From the NCBI GenBank assembly GCA_977020255.1, contig CDROCS010003502.1, forward strand, positions 124,001-188,000: a stretch of DNA of 64,000 nt, read 5' to 3'. A model generated the notes under the pieces. The model was not told where the DNA came from. It saw only the letters and a program-made list of their open reading frames with translations, and made no database searches. Made by a program: the position numbers and the translations under genes. Each line of letters begins with the position of its first letter. Position 1 is the stretch's first letter. Of this stretch, positions 12,656-28,600 are shown one piece after another. Origin of the DNA: Obrimoposthia wandeli (lineage: Eukaryota).

Positions 12656-14938
12656 TGTTGTGGGGTTCCAAATAAACAGTATAAATGTTTGGATTAGGAT
12701 TTATAAAATTAAATAAATTAATTATATATATATAAGAAAATAGAATCTTGAAAGCAGGGCTAAATAAAATAAAATGAATAAATAAATGTTTTAATTAAAA
12801 TAAAATTGGATTAAATAAATTTAAATAAGTTTAAGGGCCTTGAGAGGTCGTGTGTGATGTGAGGTATTTAAGGTAATTTAGAAAATAAAAAGGGCCATTG
12901 TAAGAAAACCCAAACTAAATTAACGAAAATTAAGAAGTTGAAAATCCCGAAAAATACGAGAAATCAAATTAAGAATTTTACCACGCTGGGAATCAAACCA
13001 GCCGTCAACCACCGAGTAAATTAGATCGATATTCAGGCCGGTTACTGAGAACCAGACCAGCAGTCACTCGTCTAGAGCTAAGTAGAAACATTAGCGAAGA
13101 TTGACTAATTGTTTCCTAGAAAAAAGAACAAGGAGATTCAGAAATTGAAAAATATATTAGATTGGAGACATAGTCAATTATCCCACTTCTCACGCAGCCA
13201 TATATAAGCGAGAGGCCAAACTTATATTGAATAGAAAAATCATACAGGCGAAAATTGAAGTAGAAAAATCATACAATCGAAACATTATAGCAGAAGGAAA
13301 TCTTCAAACGAACGCAAAAACCCGGAGGTAATTAATTTCAGAAACAGGAGGAAATTAATCGTTTACCGAAAAACAAGTAGGAAACCTATCTTCATCGATT
13401 AACCAGGACGAGGTGGAATATTCGCGTACCCTTGGGAAGCGACCGAACAACAAGACAACTAGCCAGAACGAATATTGGTGAGCAAGTTAAATTGTTAAGG
13501 CATTTTGAATTCTGTTAAAATTGATCTAAAACAGGGTTTCTCAACGGGGGCCCTGGGGCCCCCTGGGGGGCCACACGAGCCAAACAAAAATAAAAAATTA
13601 ACACCCCTGTTTTCACTGGGTTAAACACTTCGATGGCTGCACACGTGTGCCACAAATAAATGTTTGACATGGAATAAAAACAGAGTATAGACTTCTAGAT
13701 ACATATGGACGCGACGCGTCAACTTATTGCGTGGGCGTACCAGCCCAATGAGGGCCGACGGTAAAACATCATAATATGCCTTTGCAAAAATATCATCGCG
13801 CTACAAAAGTTTGTGTGGCGAATGTGGCATGTGCATAATCATCATCTAAAATCAGTAATCATCATCTAAAATCAGTAATCGTGTTGTGTCTCAGCGTGTG
13901 AAGAGAAGAGTGTCACACTTCATGTGTACATGCCCAAAATACGCTGCCATTGTAAAATGCTACCTACCTAACTCACAAACGTGCACTTGTGTTTGTTTTG
14001 AATGAGTCAGTGGTTGATTTCTTTCTTCTTGTTTGTCATTCACCATATCTGAATGTACACGCATAGGACCTTGTTTTTCTAATTGAAAACAATACGTATA
14101 CGATGTAATCTTTTTGTCCATAGTAGAGGGGGGCCACAGCAATTTGCTGCAAACTAAAGGGGGCCGTGGTGAAAAAAGGTTGAGAAACCCTGATCTAAAG
14201 CATTTTGAATTTTGGCAAAATTGATCAAAACATTTGTGAATTTTGATAAAATTTAATTATCTAAAGCATTGTAAAGTTCGATAAAAAATTGAATTGTCTA
14301 AAATAATTGTGAATTTTGATAAAGGTGAATTATCGTGAATTTAATTCAAGTTAAAATAGGAATCTAACGACTAAGCAAGAACGTAAGTAGTATATAGTGT
14401 CGGTACTAAACCAAATCGACAAATCCCCAAGTCAGGAAATCACGCATACGAACTCAAATATATTTTGCTATGTCGCTTTGGTTTAGTACCGACACTATAT
14501 ACTACTAACGTAAAATCCGATCTCTAACCAACTAAATAAAAAATTTAAATCGATACGTTAAGGGCATCCTCATTGGTGTGAATTTGAATAAGAGTGTCAT
14601 AAGATTAGTTGTCTGTAATTTTTTAGAAACTTAGTTAATGTGAAATAAAGAATAGATCTTTCCTACAAACAAGTAGCGTTAACTTGAATCAACCAACCTA
14701 GGATCAGAACGATATCAACCCCTCTACATATCACACTACAGTAAGGAAACCTATTAGTACTTTATGCACACGACTCTGAACGCATCTCGCACAACATTAA
14801 CACAAAAACCTTCAGACTTGACCCCAAGTTAAGTGAGATAAAACCTAAATAGGCCACATACATATGTAAGCCCTATTGCTACAGAACTCACGTTGAGGCC
14901 TCCATAAGAGGGTCTAGTTTCGAATAGAAACCCCAACA
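12656..14938. mobile_element. Probable LTR-like sequence interrupted by a hAT MITE
   Basis: TGTTG...CAACA ends and similarity to 3940-4010; TSD not confirmed. Confidence 0.35.
13532..14192. mobile_element. hAT-family MITE (661 bp)
   Basis: 14-bp TIR CAGGGTTTCTCAAC/GTTGAGAAACCCTG; 8-bp TSD atctaaaa/atctaaag (7/8 match). Confidence 0.9.
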
Positions 14939-15159
14939 TAAATAAGGCCACAGTTACAAAACTATTATAAAATGAAATCCATTTATGTCGAGAAGATATT
15001 TAAGCAAAATACAAAAATAAAACGAGAATTTTTTATTTAGCAAAATAACGCTTCATTAAAAAATGCATAAATTTACCTTATTCGGCTTTCGAATCAGAAT
15101 CGTATTATGAACACTAATTAACTTTAACAAAATTACTTTAATTAGTTATATATATATAT

Positions 15160-18100
15160 ATGTTGGGACCAGAGTTGAAGTACTTCTTATGAAGTACGCC
15201 TCTGATGCGTGAGTTCTTTAGAGTGATAGGACTTGTATGGACGACCTACCCTTTTAGTTTCAAAAATTATCTGAAGGTATATGTTTTTGTCTGCCTCAAT
15301 TCTAATTGTAAATATTTGCTCAATCAGAGAGTCTGTAACCTCTGTAAAAATATATCCTTCGACTAGTAGCAAAGGACTATTCTCTAGATTCTATAATCGT
15401 GTACAGTCAAACTATTCTTTAGAAAATATAAGGTTTTCCCAGTTCTATGTGTCTTACCAAAAAACAATTTTATTTTAAATAAAATACTTCATTCAACACC
15501 AAATTAAAATAAAATACGTCAGTTTACAAATATCGTGAACTCTGTCAAATTTATCCCGAAGTGTCTGGGAAAATGTGTTCTTTGTGCCGTTTACAGGCTG
15601 ATTTTATTTTTACAGAAAAGGGCCAAGTTTATCAAAGGCTTGGGCCTGGTTCAGGCTTGTTATGATTTTACATAGAAGTTAATGAATGTAACAATAACAC
15701 TCCATGTACGGAAAAGATCTTGTTACCAAAATATGTTTATTCCAAATGGGATTTTTAATAAAGTGTGATTTTAAAATAAATTAATCTTCTCACCTTTTAT
15801 AACTCTATCCTCGATATCATTTCTTTTTACGAGTCTGTCAGCTACGAGCTTGTCTTTGGCGTCCGTCCTCTTGTCCGGTACTGGTCCATAAGGCTTGTAT
15901 TTCTTGTCGCGAGATTGTTCTTCTTCTGGATTTTCTCCTCTCGCGAGAAAAATTATGTTTTCTGTAGTGCTTCAATAATAATGTCCAAATCGTCTGATCC
16001 TTCTTCTTTTGTAAGAATTTCCTTGTTCAATGAAAGGTGAACAAATTTGGAAAATCCAAATTGCATGTACTTTCTAGTACGGCTAAATTCACTTCGTTTT
16101 TCTTCTCGTTGTGATATCTCATGTGAATTGTATTTATGCTGTTGAATCAGTGGGTACATGAGATTGATTAATTTCCATTATTTCTTTGAAATTCCTAACT
16201 TTTCCTAAATTTTTCCTTTTTTAATAATTTAATTTAATCTTCAGGATTACGAAATTACCTTGGTCAGGACTATAAATATTAGCCATTTAATTTAATATAT
16301 GTTATAAAAATGTACTGCTCAATGATGTGAAATTAATTAGAGAAGAAACAATTTTATGAACCATCAGTTAAGAATCACTCATTAAACAGTGATTTCAAAA
16401 ATATTAATCTATTAATTAAATAGTTAGTTAATAATAATCCTAATTAACTAACACCAAATTGATGTTCTAAAATTATCAAATCGATGAAAACCAGTTTCAT
16501 GAGCATTGTACACTTGACTACAATTCTCCGATATTATAATACGTTATTTAATTGAGAATTAGCATAAGATCAAACAAATGGTTACATTCATAATAACAAA
16601 TCATGAAATATATAGAAATGGCTAAACCAAATTTTTGTTAAATTTGTTAAACTAATTTTGTTTCAGAGCTACCAATTCTTTAATTAAAACATGTAATTTT
16701 GTAAAATCTTATAATTTTGGAAAATTATTTATCAAAATATCAAAATATTTTCGTCTATATTTATAGTTATGTTTTTATTCGTAGACATAATTCAAGTTCT
16801 GCGCTGTTCTTTCTTTTAGGGAAAACGTTTTCATCATGCAAGACGATTCCAAATTACATTCTTCCTGGAGCTTTATCCCTAATGTTTTCATTATATCGAT
16901 TACACCGATAAAATCGGGTTTGATTTCTTCTACAACGATTATTTACAAGACTTTCTCTTTTCCATTCTCTTCACTTCCTACCTAAAGGATGTTGATGACT
17001 ACTCGGAAAAACTTCACTCAGATATAAATTACTCTCTTTCATTTTGTGCCATCCTACTTTCTTCTAGCAATCTTTATTCAATACAGTAACTGATGTTCCA
17101 GAGTCCCACAGCATTTCAATTTCATAATTAATCCTCATCAAACTCCATTTGCGACAATCATTCTTCATATACATATTTTCATTCTGCTTTGGTTCTATAT
17201 GCTCGATCCCACCAACGAAATGTGATCAATGGAATTGCTCACGATTCCATGATTTACATCATGTATTACCATGTCGTCATGATTACAATCTTCTAAATCT
17301 TTATTATTTTCTCCCACTTCTTTTGTTATAAAAAGTACTATTGAATTTTTATGTGGGTTTTTTAAACGATAACAGCTGTTGAAAGTTGACCATCTTTACC
17401 GCTAATCAAACACTTGTGATTGAGAGCACATTGATTTCGGAACTGACCTTCTTCACCACATCAAAAACATGCTCCTTCACTTTTTGTGACGAACAGTCGC
17501 TTGGCTAAATTATGTTTTCTTTTAGCTATTTTTTTAAAAGTAAAACCTTGGCATTGGTTTCCTATTAATTTGATTTTGGGTGTCTATATTAATGTATATT
17601 TTTCTTCATTTTTTTCTTTCTCAAGCTAATCAGCTGGTACTGGATGTTTCTTCGTTTTGTTTGAGAAATGAGGACCATTCTCTGGACGGTTGTATTCTCT
17701 TTTTAATGTGTTAGCATATGTATTCTGAATTTATGCTATCTCAGTTTTTTGTTTCTCAATTTCGATATTAACCTTTGCAAACGCCTTTATTTTTTTTTTG
17801 TATAAGCGGTTTTAATAAGAACTGCTCCTTCAGTATTTTATTTTTTATTCTATCTTTAATAAAAGCGTCAATATTTTCTAACATTATTTTCCATCATGGT
17901 CTCAACGAGTTTTCTAACTCTAATGCTGAATGCTGAGAAACGTTTGCCTTCTACTTGCTTCACCTTTGTCAACTCTGGATTTCTTTCTTGGAAATTTTTT
18001 TTCAAACCATTTTTGACTTCGATTTCTGAATTCAAACTTTAACTGACATTCTTCTTTAATAATCCAGCTTCTTCGGACAATAGCAATTCAAATGCATCCC

Positions 18101-18330
18101 CAATATTAATCTGATTTGCGCTGAGCCATTTTCCTATATCTTTTAACCATTTTCACCTTCATTTGAACTCATTCCATTGTATCTTCTTATGTTGTACTGA
18201 AACATCCTCCTTTGGTCTTTTGGCATAGTCTCGAGAATATTCTTCTTTGATTGACTTCTCGTCACTACATTTATTTCAACGTGGTCGCAAGTTATGTTTT
18301 CATTCGTAGTTAGATTCATAATCCACATAA
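15160..18330 (-). mobile_element. Ty3/gypsy-like LTR retrotransposon internal relic (gag region recognisable)
   Basis: Degenerate CCHC knuckle CF*CGEEGQFRNQC at ~17425-17472; retrotransposon gag-like segment (FSIRVRKLVE) near 17900-18100; heavily decayed. Confidence 0.5.
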
Positions 18331-19637
18331 TTCAATAGTTAGATTTCACAACACAATTTATATTATACAGGTTTAAATAGTAATACTTAAACAAAGAAAT
18401 AAATGCAAGTTGGATAATTCCGGTTTCTGATTCCATAACTAAACTTATAATTGTAAATATGAATTTTGAGAATCTGAATTTAGAAAAGCTATATCAGCTT
18501 ATGCATAAATATCCCAAATATGATATGCATATTTTGAAGAAAACTCACAACTATAATTTCATTTCAACATAGAGCCGCTTAGATATGATTTTCAGGTATC
18601 AAATTTGACTTCAGTGGATAAAGAATCAATATTGTTTTCAATCAATTCGGCATTCAATATGAGCTTCAGGAAAACAAATTCATAATCAAAGGACAAAATG
18701 TTACTTTCAAGCAGGAGAATGGATCAATATTCGATGAACCTCCTTTTAGATTAAAATGGACTTTCGAAGTCAAAATTCAAGGATACAATATAGGGCCCTT
18801 CAGAAAGGTATAACCTAAATGGAAAATAATTGAGCCAGTTAGAGTTGAATAATATATTTTATATTTATATCTTTCTTCTTTATAAACAATATTAATAAGA
18901 AAATAAGAAAATGAGTAAAAAAAGCTACTACTTAATCATTAGGCTAAAAGGGGTAAAACGAAAATGATGAAGGGCAGGGGTGTTTCTTTTATAGTAGGGA
19001 ATCTTTTAAGTAGATGGTTTGGTTGACAAATACTCTAAAATTGAAAAAGAATATGGAATATATTGTCGGTATACAAAAGCGGAATCGTATACTAGATAAT
19101 GTTGTAGGATTACATAAAGCATGCACTGCAATTGAAAATAATCCTGCGTATATCTTGGTACAAATTATTTAGGTAAACGCCCCAGACCCAAATTTTAAAA
19201 TATGAAATTAACTATTGGTAATTATATACTACGTTTTTTGATGAGTAGTTAAAAATCTTTAAAAACATTTCTGAAATTATATACTACTTAATTTTATTTG
19301 ATGATTATTAGAGGATGACTTATATATATATATATATGTGTGTATTTATATACATACTCTATTTTACGAATGACTAGGATTCGAAGTTGTAAATTTTTTT
19401 TCAATTACCGTTATTTACAAGCTTGTTACATTAAAGACCCCACCACCTTTTATGATCATGCCTGATAAATGTTAAATAAAAAAATATTTGTAAAATTTTA
19501 GTAAGATTGTCAGCACAAATCTGGATTCAGTAAATTTAACAAAATTCAGCATAACGAATTATATCGAAAATGATGAGATGAATGTTGCTGGAACCATGGG
19601 TGGGAGGATTTGATGTAAGGGATGAGGTAAATGGTCG

Positions 19638-22600
19638 CTAGAGTATTGCGGTTTCGTGAAATATGGAGAGTGCAGAGCCGGCCACAAGCGCAGACGAGTT
19701 GATAATGGACTCGTCGATGGGCACATCAGGACTGGTGTTGTAGAGCTGGTGAGCATGGCTGTTCAAAATGCGCTTTGTCCGCGGTAGCTGCGCTCGAGGG
19801 GTTGGTAGTGGCGGAAGGAAGAAGTAGGGATGCAGTAGAACCTGCAATCGAGACAGTAAACTACACTGATCTCCCCTCCACAACAAATATCCCAGTCTTA
19901 CAAGGGAGCGCTTTTTGACTCCAAATAACAAATTAATTATATTTAATAATAAAATTAATTTAATTGTATTACTCCTGCATAGTTTTTATTGACCCATCTC
20001 CATTGAGTTTAAAGTTATTAATATATTTATATTCATTTGTTATGTAAAATTATCATTGTAAATAACTTTAAATACGGTTTTTGTTTACGTTTTTCGAGTG
20101 AAATTTTGAATATAACTTCAGCCTAATATATATGTTAGACCAAATTTGAAAAATTGTTTTTTATTGGTAAATGCTATTATTAATCATAACGTGTTTGGGA
20201 TGAAGTTGAATTTGGGTCAAAAGCTTGTTATGGGACCTCGAACTACACCTATATCGGCTGTTGCATTGGACCCCGTTCTGAAAACACTTGCAACGACCGC
20301 TGCTGCATGTCTTGAACACCTCAATCTGTTCCAGTGTTACATTGGCATATTTTTCACAAACTGCTCTATATGTAATTCATGTTACTCCATGTCCTTTCGC
20401 GAGATGAGTTGTATGGATCACATTGAATAGCCCATCAGCATTGATGAATCGCAAAGCAGTACCTTTTATGCCTCATCAGTCGATAGTCCTTGGCCCTCTT
20501 CTTTGCATCCGTATCCGACTCCAGATGTCGTAATCGAATCAGGATCTCGTCGTACTGTTGTCTCGACATCACAGCAGACGCATTCACTCCTTTGGATTTG
20601 GATTCACTCCTTTGATCATCTTGGCTATTTTATCTTCAAATAGTTTGCACATTGGATCCATTTTCAAATTGTGAAATAAATATTATTGTAAATAGAAAAA
20701 CAAATGCAAATCGCTTCTATTTTACCTAATTAATAAAATAAGCACTATTTTTCAAAATTGTTGTTTTTATGTTAGACCAAATTTGCGAAAACAACAATTT
20801 TGCAAAATTGTTGCTTGAGTCAATTGACAATTTAGCAAAATTGTTGTTTTCGTAAATTTGGTCTAACATATATAAGTTTTCACTCAATTTATTTTAGGAG
20901 TTAGAATACCCGAACTCATTTTTTACCTTTTTATTTATTTAAAAAACGGCTTATTTCTACTGATTTTTTCAGTAACTGATAATTCACTTGTTAAATTTTG
21001 ATGTTCTCATACTTAAAATAAAAATATTAAATAAATTAGTCAAACTTAATCATGTGTATATGTATAAATATAATATAATTTAAAAAAAATGTACTCCAAT
21101 AGTTTTTATTTGAATTCTTTTTAAAGCTTATGTGTAAAATGTTCAATAAAATTATTTTAAAAAATTAAAAAATGATACATTAATATTTTGTAATTTAATA
21201 AATATACCGATAAAAACTATACAGAAGTTCTTATAAATTTAAAATAATAAGAAAATTAAGGAAACTTAACGAACTATTGCGATGTGTTACCTCTGTGGCA
21301 GAGAGTCTCTTGCGAGCCGAGTAGACAAGAATCTTCTCAATCAAGTTTACCGCTTCAGATGACGCGTCAGGCAGGATGGTATCGAATGGGATCGGTTGAC
21401 AAATAGCGAAGTTTATCTTGTTGTAGTCCGGCAAATCTACCATTTCCTGGGAAGAGAAATATGTCAAGTTAACTGACAGTGACTCTCCCGCATCATTCTT
21501 GGAAATCGGAGAGATGAATTTCCCAGTTCTAAACATGTTAGGACAGTAAAGATTATGTTTTTTCAAGAATAGAGCAATTCAATATACTTCAAGAATCTTC
21601 ACTTTTTGAGTGTGAAAATTTAATTTGGCTTTGTATGGACTTCTTCAAGAAGATATAAGCAAATATATGTATGTCCCTATGTTCTGCCTTTTTGTTAGGA
21701 ATAACCAAGCCGATTTGATATTTACATTTGTATCGACAAAAAGTACCCCACAATTTTTTTTTATTGTAACAAATATAAATATTAAAAAGAGTATGATAGC
21801 GCTTGTTCAAATAAAGTGATTTAACTCTCATCTGGAAGTATTGCATATAAGCATTTTCACGAATTTATTTGGCAAGTGAGTTATACACCTTTCGATCAAA
21901 TGCTGTTTTTCTTCGCGATTTGACTTTGAAAAAATCACTTTCTATTTAATTTTTATAGCGTAATTTCTTAAATAATTTATTACAGTCTAAGTGTCATATT
22001 CTGTTATTAATTCAGTACTCATCATATTATAATTTATTGTTTCTCTAACAGCTAACCAGTTCGTTTATCTTCGTTTGATATGTATTCTTTCAGTATTGTT
22101 GTAAATTTAAAGATCAAGCATGCATCTCTATTGTGAATCGTGTCATTTTCCAGTAACCTGTTTCGTAATTTCCCATCTTTTCTGTTTTGCTGATTTGTAA
22201 AAACATCGTCAGATGAGTCAAGTACACATCCATTAACGTTTTCAAATTTAACAAAGTTTTAACCGACTTCGATATCCGATTAAATGACCTTGTATTCAAG
22301 GAGTTTCAAGAATTTTAATTTCATCCATTTTAACTTCGTTTAAAATATATTTAACTTTATTCAGAGTATTTAAACAATCAAAATGATCAATTTCAACATA
22401 TACCTGAGTGTTTAAATAGTAGTTGATCTCATGATTTGAAAATAGGCTTTCCATCTTCCTAATAAAGAATAGATAAAATTAACTATCACTTTTTATAAAA
22501 ATCCTTGTGCAATTCTATATGTATGACTTTAAATATGAATTATATGGTCAATTATAATATATCCTTAATGACACTAAGTTCTTGTCCATAAGCCAAACTC

Positions 22601-25600
22601 ATGTATAAGCCGGATACCTAAAATCTTACAAATTTCTAAAATACAATTTTATATAAGCCGACTAATATTTTAAAAAATGTAATTTCTTTTTAAATGCGAT
22701 AATTATTTGTTTAACTAAATAAAGTTTTTGAATTATATTTTATTCAAAAAGAATACAGAGAACTCGAAAATCGTATCCCAATCACGGAAAACTAGAAGCG
22801 GTGGATTACTCTGAAACAGTCTTCGTAGGGTGAAGTATGCCAATGGATCGACGAATGTTGGAGGGAAGTAAACACAAGTTACATTAAAAATGAGTTTAAA
22901 GCTGCGAATATCCAACTGATATGCCAATTAATAGTGAAAAAGAAGCTGAAGAATGATTAGCAGAAGAATCCGAAGATCAAATCGAGTTGGACATTTCAGT
23001 CTCGTTTACTGAATTGTTCAATACCTTCAATATCAATACTAATGAAGAGTTTGATAGCTTTGATTAATTAATGTATATATATATTTTTTAGTGCTTATTT
23101 TTTCCTTCTTTACAATTTTTTCCTTAGATAATATGTATTTTATTGTACAACCAGTTGCTCGGAAAATTGTTTAGAATTTAAAATTTTTATAAATTATAGA
23201 AATGAATTTAATTTAAGTCAGTTTCACTGAAATTAATTGCTTTATTCGAATTCATTATTTTCTTTAGTGATTTGAAATATTCCCTCTCATTTTCTGTCGA
23301 CGAAATAGCAACTTAAAAATGTAAAGTAGATAAATGAAAACTAGAAAAAGTTCAAATTCCACATATTTGATCTCTGTAACTCTTTTATTGGTCTTTTTTA
23401 AGAGCTTCCATATTCATGTTTTTAGATTAAAATCTAATTTGAAAAATTATGAGTAATTAACAAATACATTTTTTTTATAATTACGATATCTATTTATAGT
23501 TTTATTAAGATATAGTTTAATGTTGTATTTTTGAAATAACACATAACATTTTATATTTTTAAAATTAAGATACCTAATTAAGAATAGTAATTTAAAACTA
23601 TATTTAATAAATAATTGACTTAGCCAATTTAATCTATCATGAACAAAATCAATGGTGCATTTATAGTGCATTTAAAGTGAAACGTACCGGCCAAATTTCC
23701 TCATTAGGTGTTCCCAAGACCTTCAGAACGCAGCATAGTTGCTCAATATCACTGTCCCCCTGTATGGTCATATGAACAGAGTAAAAGTCTAAACAAACCA
23801 AATATTCACAACATTCAAAGCGGTTTAAAGTCTTTTTTAGAAACCCTGCTCTACTTTAGTATTTAATTTATTTCATATATGTTTTCTATTTAAGACAAAG
23901 CAAAAATGTTTGAGGTGTTTTATCGGCAATAAAAAGTAATAGTTGAAAAATCCTTTTAACTAACAAGGGAACAATTTTGACTCGAAATGACGACCTTATT
24001 TTATATTCATACAATGTAGAAATTGAAATATAATTGAAATTAATATTGTAAATAACGTTAGAAACTATATTAAATATTTATTTAGATAATAAACTATAAA
24101 TAATTTCGACCAATTTTCCTTTAATAATAATATACTGTTTTAAAAAAATTAATTAGTTAAACCTCATCATGAGTTTTATGGTTAGTCAGAGGTGGTTTGT
24201 CAAGGAAGAGAATGACCCAATATCAAATAGTGGCCATTTGGTTGTTATATTGTTACGTGACTTGATAGGGCCTTGAAAATATTTGAAGATTTGAGCATTT
24301 TACGGTGGTTTCCTATCTGTTGGTAATACATTTTGATGTCACAGAGTTATTTTGAATTAAAGTCATAAAAGTCAAAAATGCGACTGAAAGATTTTCAAAT
24401 CACCGAAAATTAATAGCAGGACGTCAATTCTATCGGAAATTGTAGAGTTTGATATGGGGACATTTTCTTCCATGACACACAACTTCTGGCCCACCATGGC
24501 ATATGAAAATATTGTTTTGTTTTTTTAATTGAAATTATCAATAAACTTTAATTATTTAATAAGAATTTCTTAATAATTTTCTATCTTTGATTTTTTGGGA
24601 GGGTTAAAACATATTTCAAATTTTACTCAACATTAAAGTGGCTTTTATAATTAGTTTTTTTTTCATTGTTTTCAAATACATAAATTTATGAAATCCTTAG
24701 CAACGCAGCATTAAAACAAAAATCTAAATTATTTAAATATCTGATAATGTTTTAAAGAGCTAATTCCTGACAAATAATAATGAGAATATTTTGTAAAAGA
24801 AGACTTTTGATTTCCACTTCAATGACTTCCTCTGAAAGATTGGACATATCTCCGATTATTAGAAAAAAATTAGCTTACATATCATCATTTTTTTCAATAC
24901 GTTTTTACTTACAGAATTGTGAATAAATTATGAAAATAACCCACCGGAAATAGCGGCGATTGGTTGAGCAATTCTCCAAAAATGCACCCGACTGCCCTGA
25001 AGAAAGTCAATGTTTTTTTACTAATGTAGATTATCAAATCCGTCGCTGAAATTAAATACGCAAATTGATTATATTAATAACATAATACGACTTTAAAATA
25101 ACAAAATTTTGCTCATGTAAATGTCACTCACAAAGTTGTGAAAGATTTTAGATGGAAATCATTTACTTACTACTGTCAGTAGTCTGGTTTTCGTATTTTA
25201 ACTTTTCTTAAAACACTGAGGAAGACGTTTTTGACACTCCTTGAAAATTGAATGTATTTTTCATAAATGAAAAATAGACTCGTGTGAACATTAAAATTTA
25301 CATATGACTAATAAACATTTATCGTACCATAAATCGACACCTTCGTTATATTTTCGAGCACCATACAGAAGTTCTGGAGCCCGGTACCACCTGAAAATTA
25401 TTAATGACTAAAATAGAAATTACAATTAAGAAAATAGTTATATGAATAAAATCAAAACAAATGAAGATGAATGAAAATAAAACCAAGTTTACATTATTTG
25501 GGTGTACGGGTAGCATTAACCATATAAAAAAGAAGTTTCACAGAAATTTATTCATTTTGTTGAAAATATTATTAATTTAAAAAATAAAATAAATAGAAAA

Positions 25601-28600
25601 ATTTACGATCTTGAGGAAAATATTACAGTAAATTGTTAAATTAATAAAGTAATATGAAAATGCAACAGTCATATCAAAAAGATTTATTTAAAAAAATAGC
25701 CAACTACTAAGATAACTACCATGCCAACGCATGGATTAATATATCAAAACCTGTATTTTCAAAATCCATTACTGTTTAATATTCCAGCATATCAATTACA
25801 TCGATTGAGAAAATGTTAAACAAAGCCACCAGAATTATAACCAAATTAAAGAAAAGTGCTGCAAGTGAACACTTAAAGAAGCACTATTGGCTATCGATTA
25901 ATACCGTGGTTGAATTCAAAAGCTTACCTATTATAAAGAAATGTACTCTCATAAAATCCCAAATATGTATATGATCTTCTTGAGTCTGGTGCAGTGAACA
26001 TGTATTTGCATCTTAGTAGCAACGATGACTGCAGATTGGTCAAGAAATTCTTAAATAATAAACGTAGAATATTTGAAATTTAGGCTCCAAATCTTCACAA
26101 CAATGTATAGATGAATACAAGAAACTGCTTTTATGTTGAAAAAATCAAGAACCAGCTAAATATTTTACTATACAGAAAATATTATGAAGTATAATGGAAA
26201 TCCGAAAGCGCTCTAGAGTATTAAATCCTATACTTAGGAGATATTAGCGCTGCATTATATTATTCTTATTAACTTATACAACCTATGTTACAGCAAATTT
26301 GCAAAATCATATTCCCCAAATTTTGGCTTACAAAACACGAGAAACAATATACAATATTTCCATATTGATATTCTGAAACGTAAACTGGTAAGTTATTTAA
26401 AACATGAAAATTAGAAACTTAACAAGTTTTTGATGTTATGATAATCAGGCTTTAAAAAGTACACCAACCTGGTAGCAACCTGATGACTGTAAAGTCGTTC
26501 TCCATCGTTCTGAAACACCCGAGCCAATCCAAAGTCCGCGATCTTGAGATAGCCCGAGGGGCTAATCAGAAGATTCGCAGGTTTCAAGTCCTGTTCATAA
26601 GGTGATATATCATCTGATATGCTATTCACCAGTCGATTTCTATCCATCGTATGTACATGTGACAAACTCAGAATTCCTAGCCGAATATCAATGGAAAAAG
26701 AGGAAAATGATGAAATAAAACGGAAACATTTGACTACTCAGACATGTGGCCTATGATTTACTCATACCTGTAGATATTCTGTGTTATTCCAGCTAACTAT
26801 GCTACCTCAGAGCACACATTCTCATCAATGAAATATTTGAAGTTGTACTTATGATCAAAAATCTCTGATAACATGCTAAATGAACTTGAGAATGTTCTTG
26901 AGACGTGAAATAGATATAGACATTGAGATTGTAATTAACAAATATGACATTCAGAACAAAAAGTGTGCTTTTTGTATAAATTATCATTAGTTACTCTTTT
27001 GTTGTTTGTGGGGATTTCTAAATATTTACGAAGTTTTGTTGTCCAATGGAATTGTTTAATATATATGTTTCTGGATATCTGAAACAACAGAGTTAACACT
27101 ATGTATGTAAGTATGAATATGCTTTGCAAATCGCAAATAGTCCTGCCCAGGCTCCTCCAAAGGTTATGAGTAAATTTAGGCTCTTAAAGGTTCTTGACAT
27201 CGGTTTAATTTCATGTTTTACCAGTGCGTTTACTGTAGCTATTACATTGCCGTGCATATTATATAGGCGAAAGTGTTGGTTAAATGGATAATTATGTGTT
27301 TTGCCTAAATAGCATAAATTTCATAAACATTTACAATATATTTAAAGCAAAATGGGAAATAATAAAAAAATGTAACAACTTTTGAAAATAAGCATTTTTA
27401 ATTTTTGGGGGTCGTGTCATATGGTCCAGGGCCCACTTTTACCATGGATAACATATGAGGTTTCCTATGACGACTTACGCGGTGCATGATGTGGTTATTA
27501 TGCATGAAGGCTACACCCTTGAGGAGCATGATCATGTAGCTCTTCACTTGAGGCGGTGTCACCGGACAGTCTGAGTGGCGTGTCACCTCACTGAGATCAT
27601 TGAGCATGTATTCGAACACCAACACAAAGCTGGTTCCCTGGGCGAAGACTTCGCGCAGCTTCACGATGTATGGATTGTCCTCGATCTCCTGGAGAGCCTT
27701 GATTTCTCTGAGAGAGAATGAGGTGTGTGTGAGGCTGTGTTCTAATTATATGTATCCAAGAAGCAACGATAATGGAGTTCGATTGGTCATTCAGTTTCCG
27801 ATAACGAATATACCGATGGATTTAAAATACTTTCCAGATATAGGTACAAATGTGGAATGAAGTATACCAAATCAAGAAAGAAGCAATTAACATTAGTCAC
27901 CACAATTATCATCTTTATCAACAGGCATGCGTCAAACACTTCTACCAGATTAACTAGAGCCGTTGTGATTGTATATACCTTACCATTTTCCAATATCAAA
28001 ACTCGTATGGTTATTGAGAAACTAACTAAACTAACAACTATCAATTCTTTATTTTATCTTTTGCTATCGAAGTGTAAGCAAAATTGTTCACAGCTACCAA
28101 ATATTTCTTTTCATTTTCCCTTGTTCTTTCAACACTGTTTGCCAAACACCAGATAGGGATGGATAATCAATGACGTCTTTTGTACTAGTTTAGCGGTATG
28201 AATTGTCCTATATTTCAGAATTATCTGTATAATTACTGACACACATGGTTCACTACTATATTTTTCTCTATTTAACCACAGTGTCTTTATATTTTCTAGT
28301 AATTCTCTATCAACCTCATAAAACTGTCTAATTTGTACACCACAGTAATATTTGCTGAAATAGGAAAACTAAATGACATCCACAGATTAACCAACTTGAT
28401 CCCATCTTTCCTAAATTTATAATGTAAACTTTTCTATTCTTAAACAATTTGGAATTTAGAAGGAATTTTCACTAATTTTACAAGATTTTCGATTGTGCCA
28501 GACATTTTTCTAGACAATTTTAAAATTTGCAAAATTTTTGGATTTATTTTCTAACGAGTTTTCAGACATAAGAAAACTCATTATAAAAATTAAAATTAAA

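Noticed and set aside
18670-19030. Possible + strand exons (ENKFIIKGQNV...GPFRK / AKRGKTKMM...)
   Set aside because: Splice sites are plausible, but there is no recognisable product and no start or further exons to support a gene.
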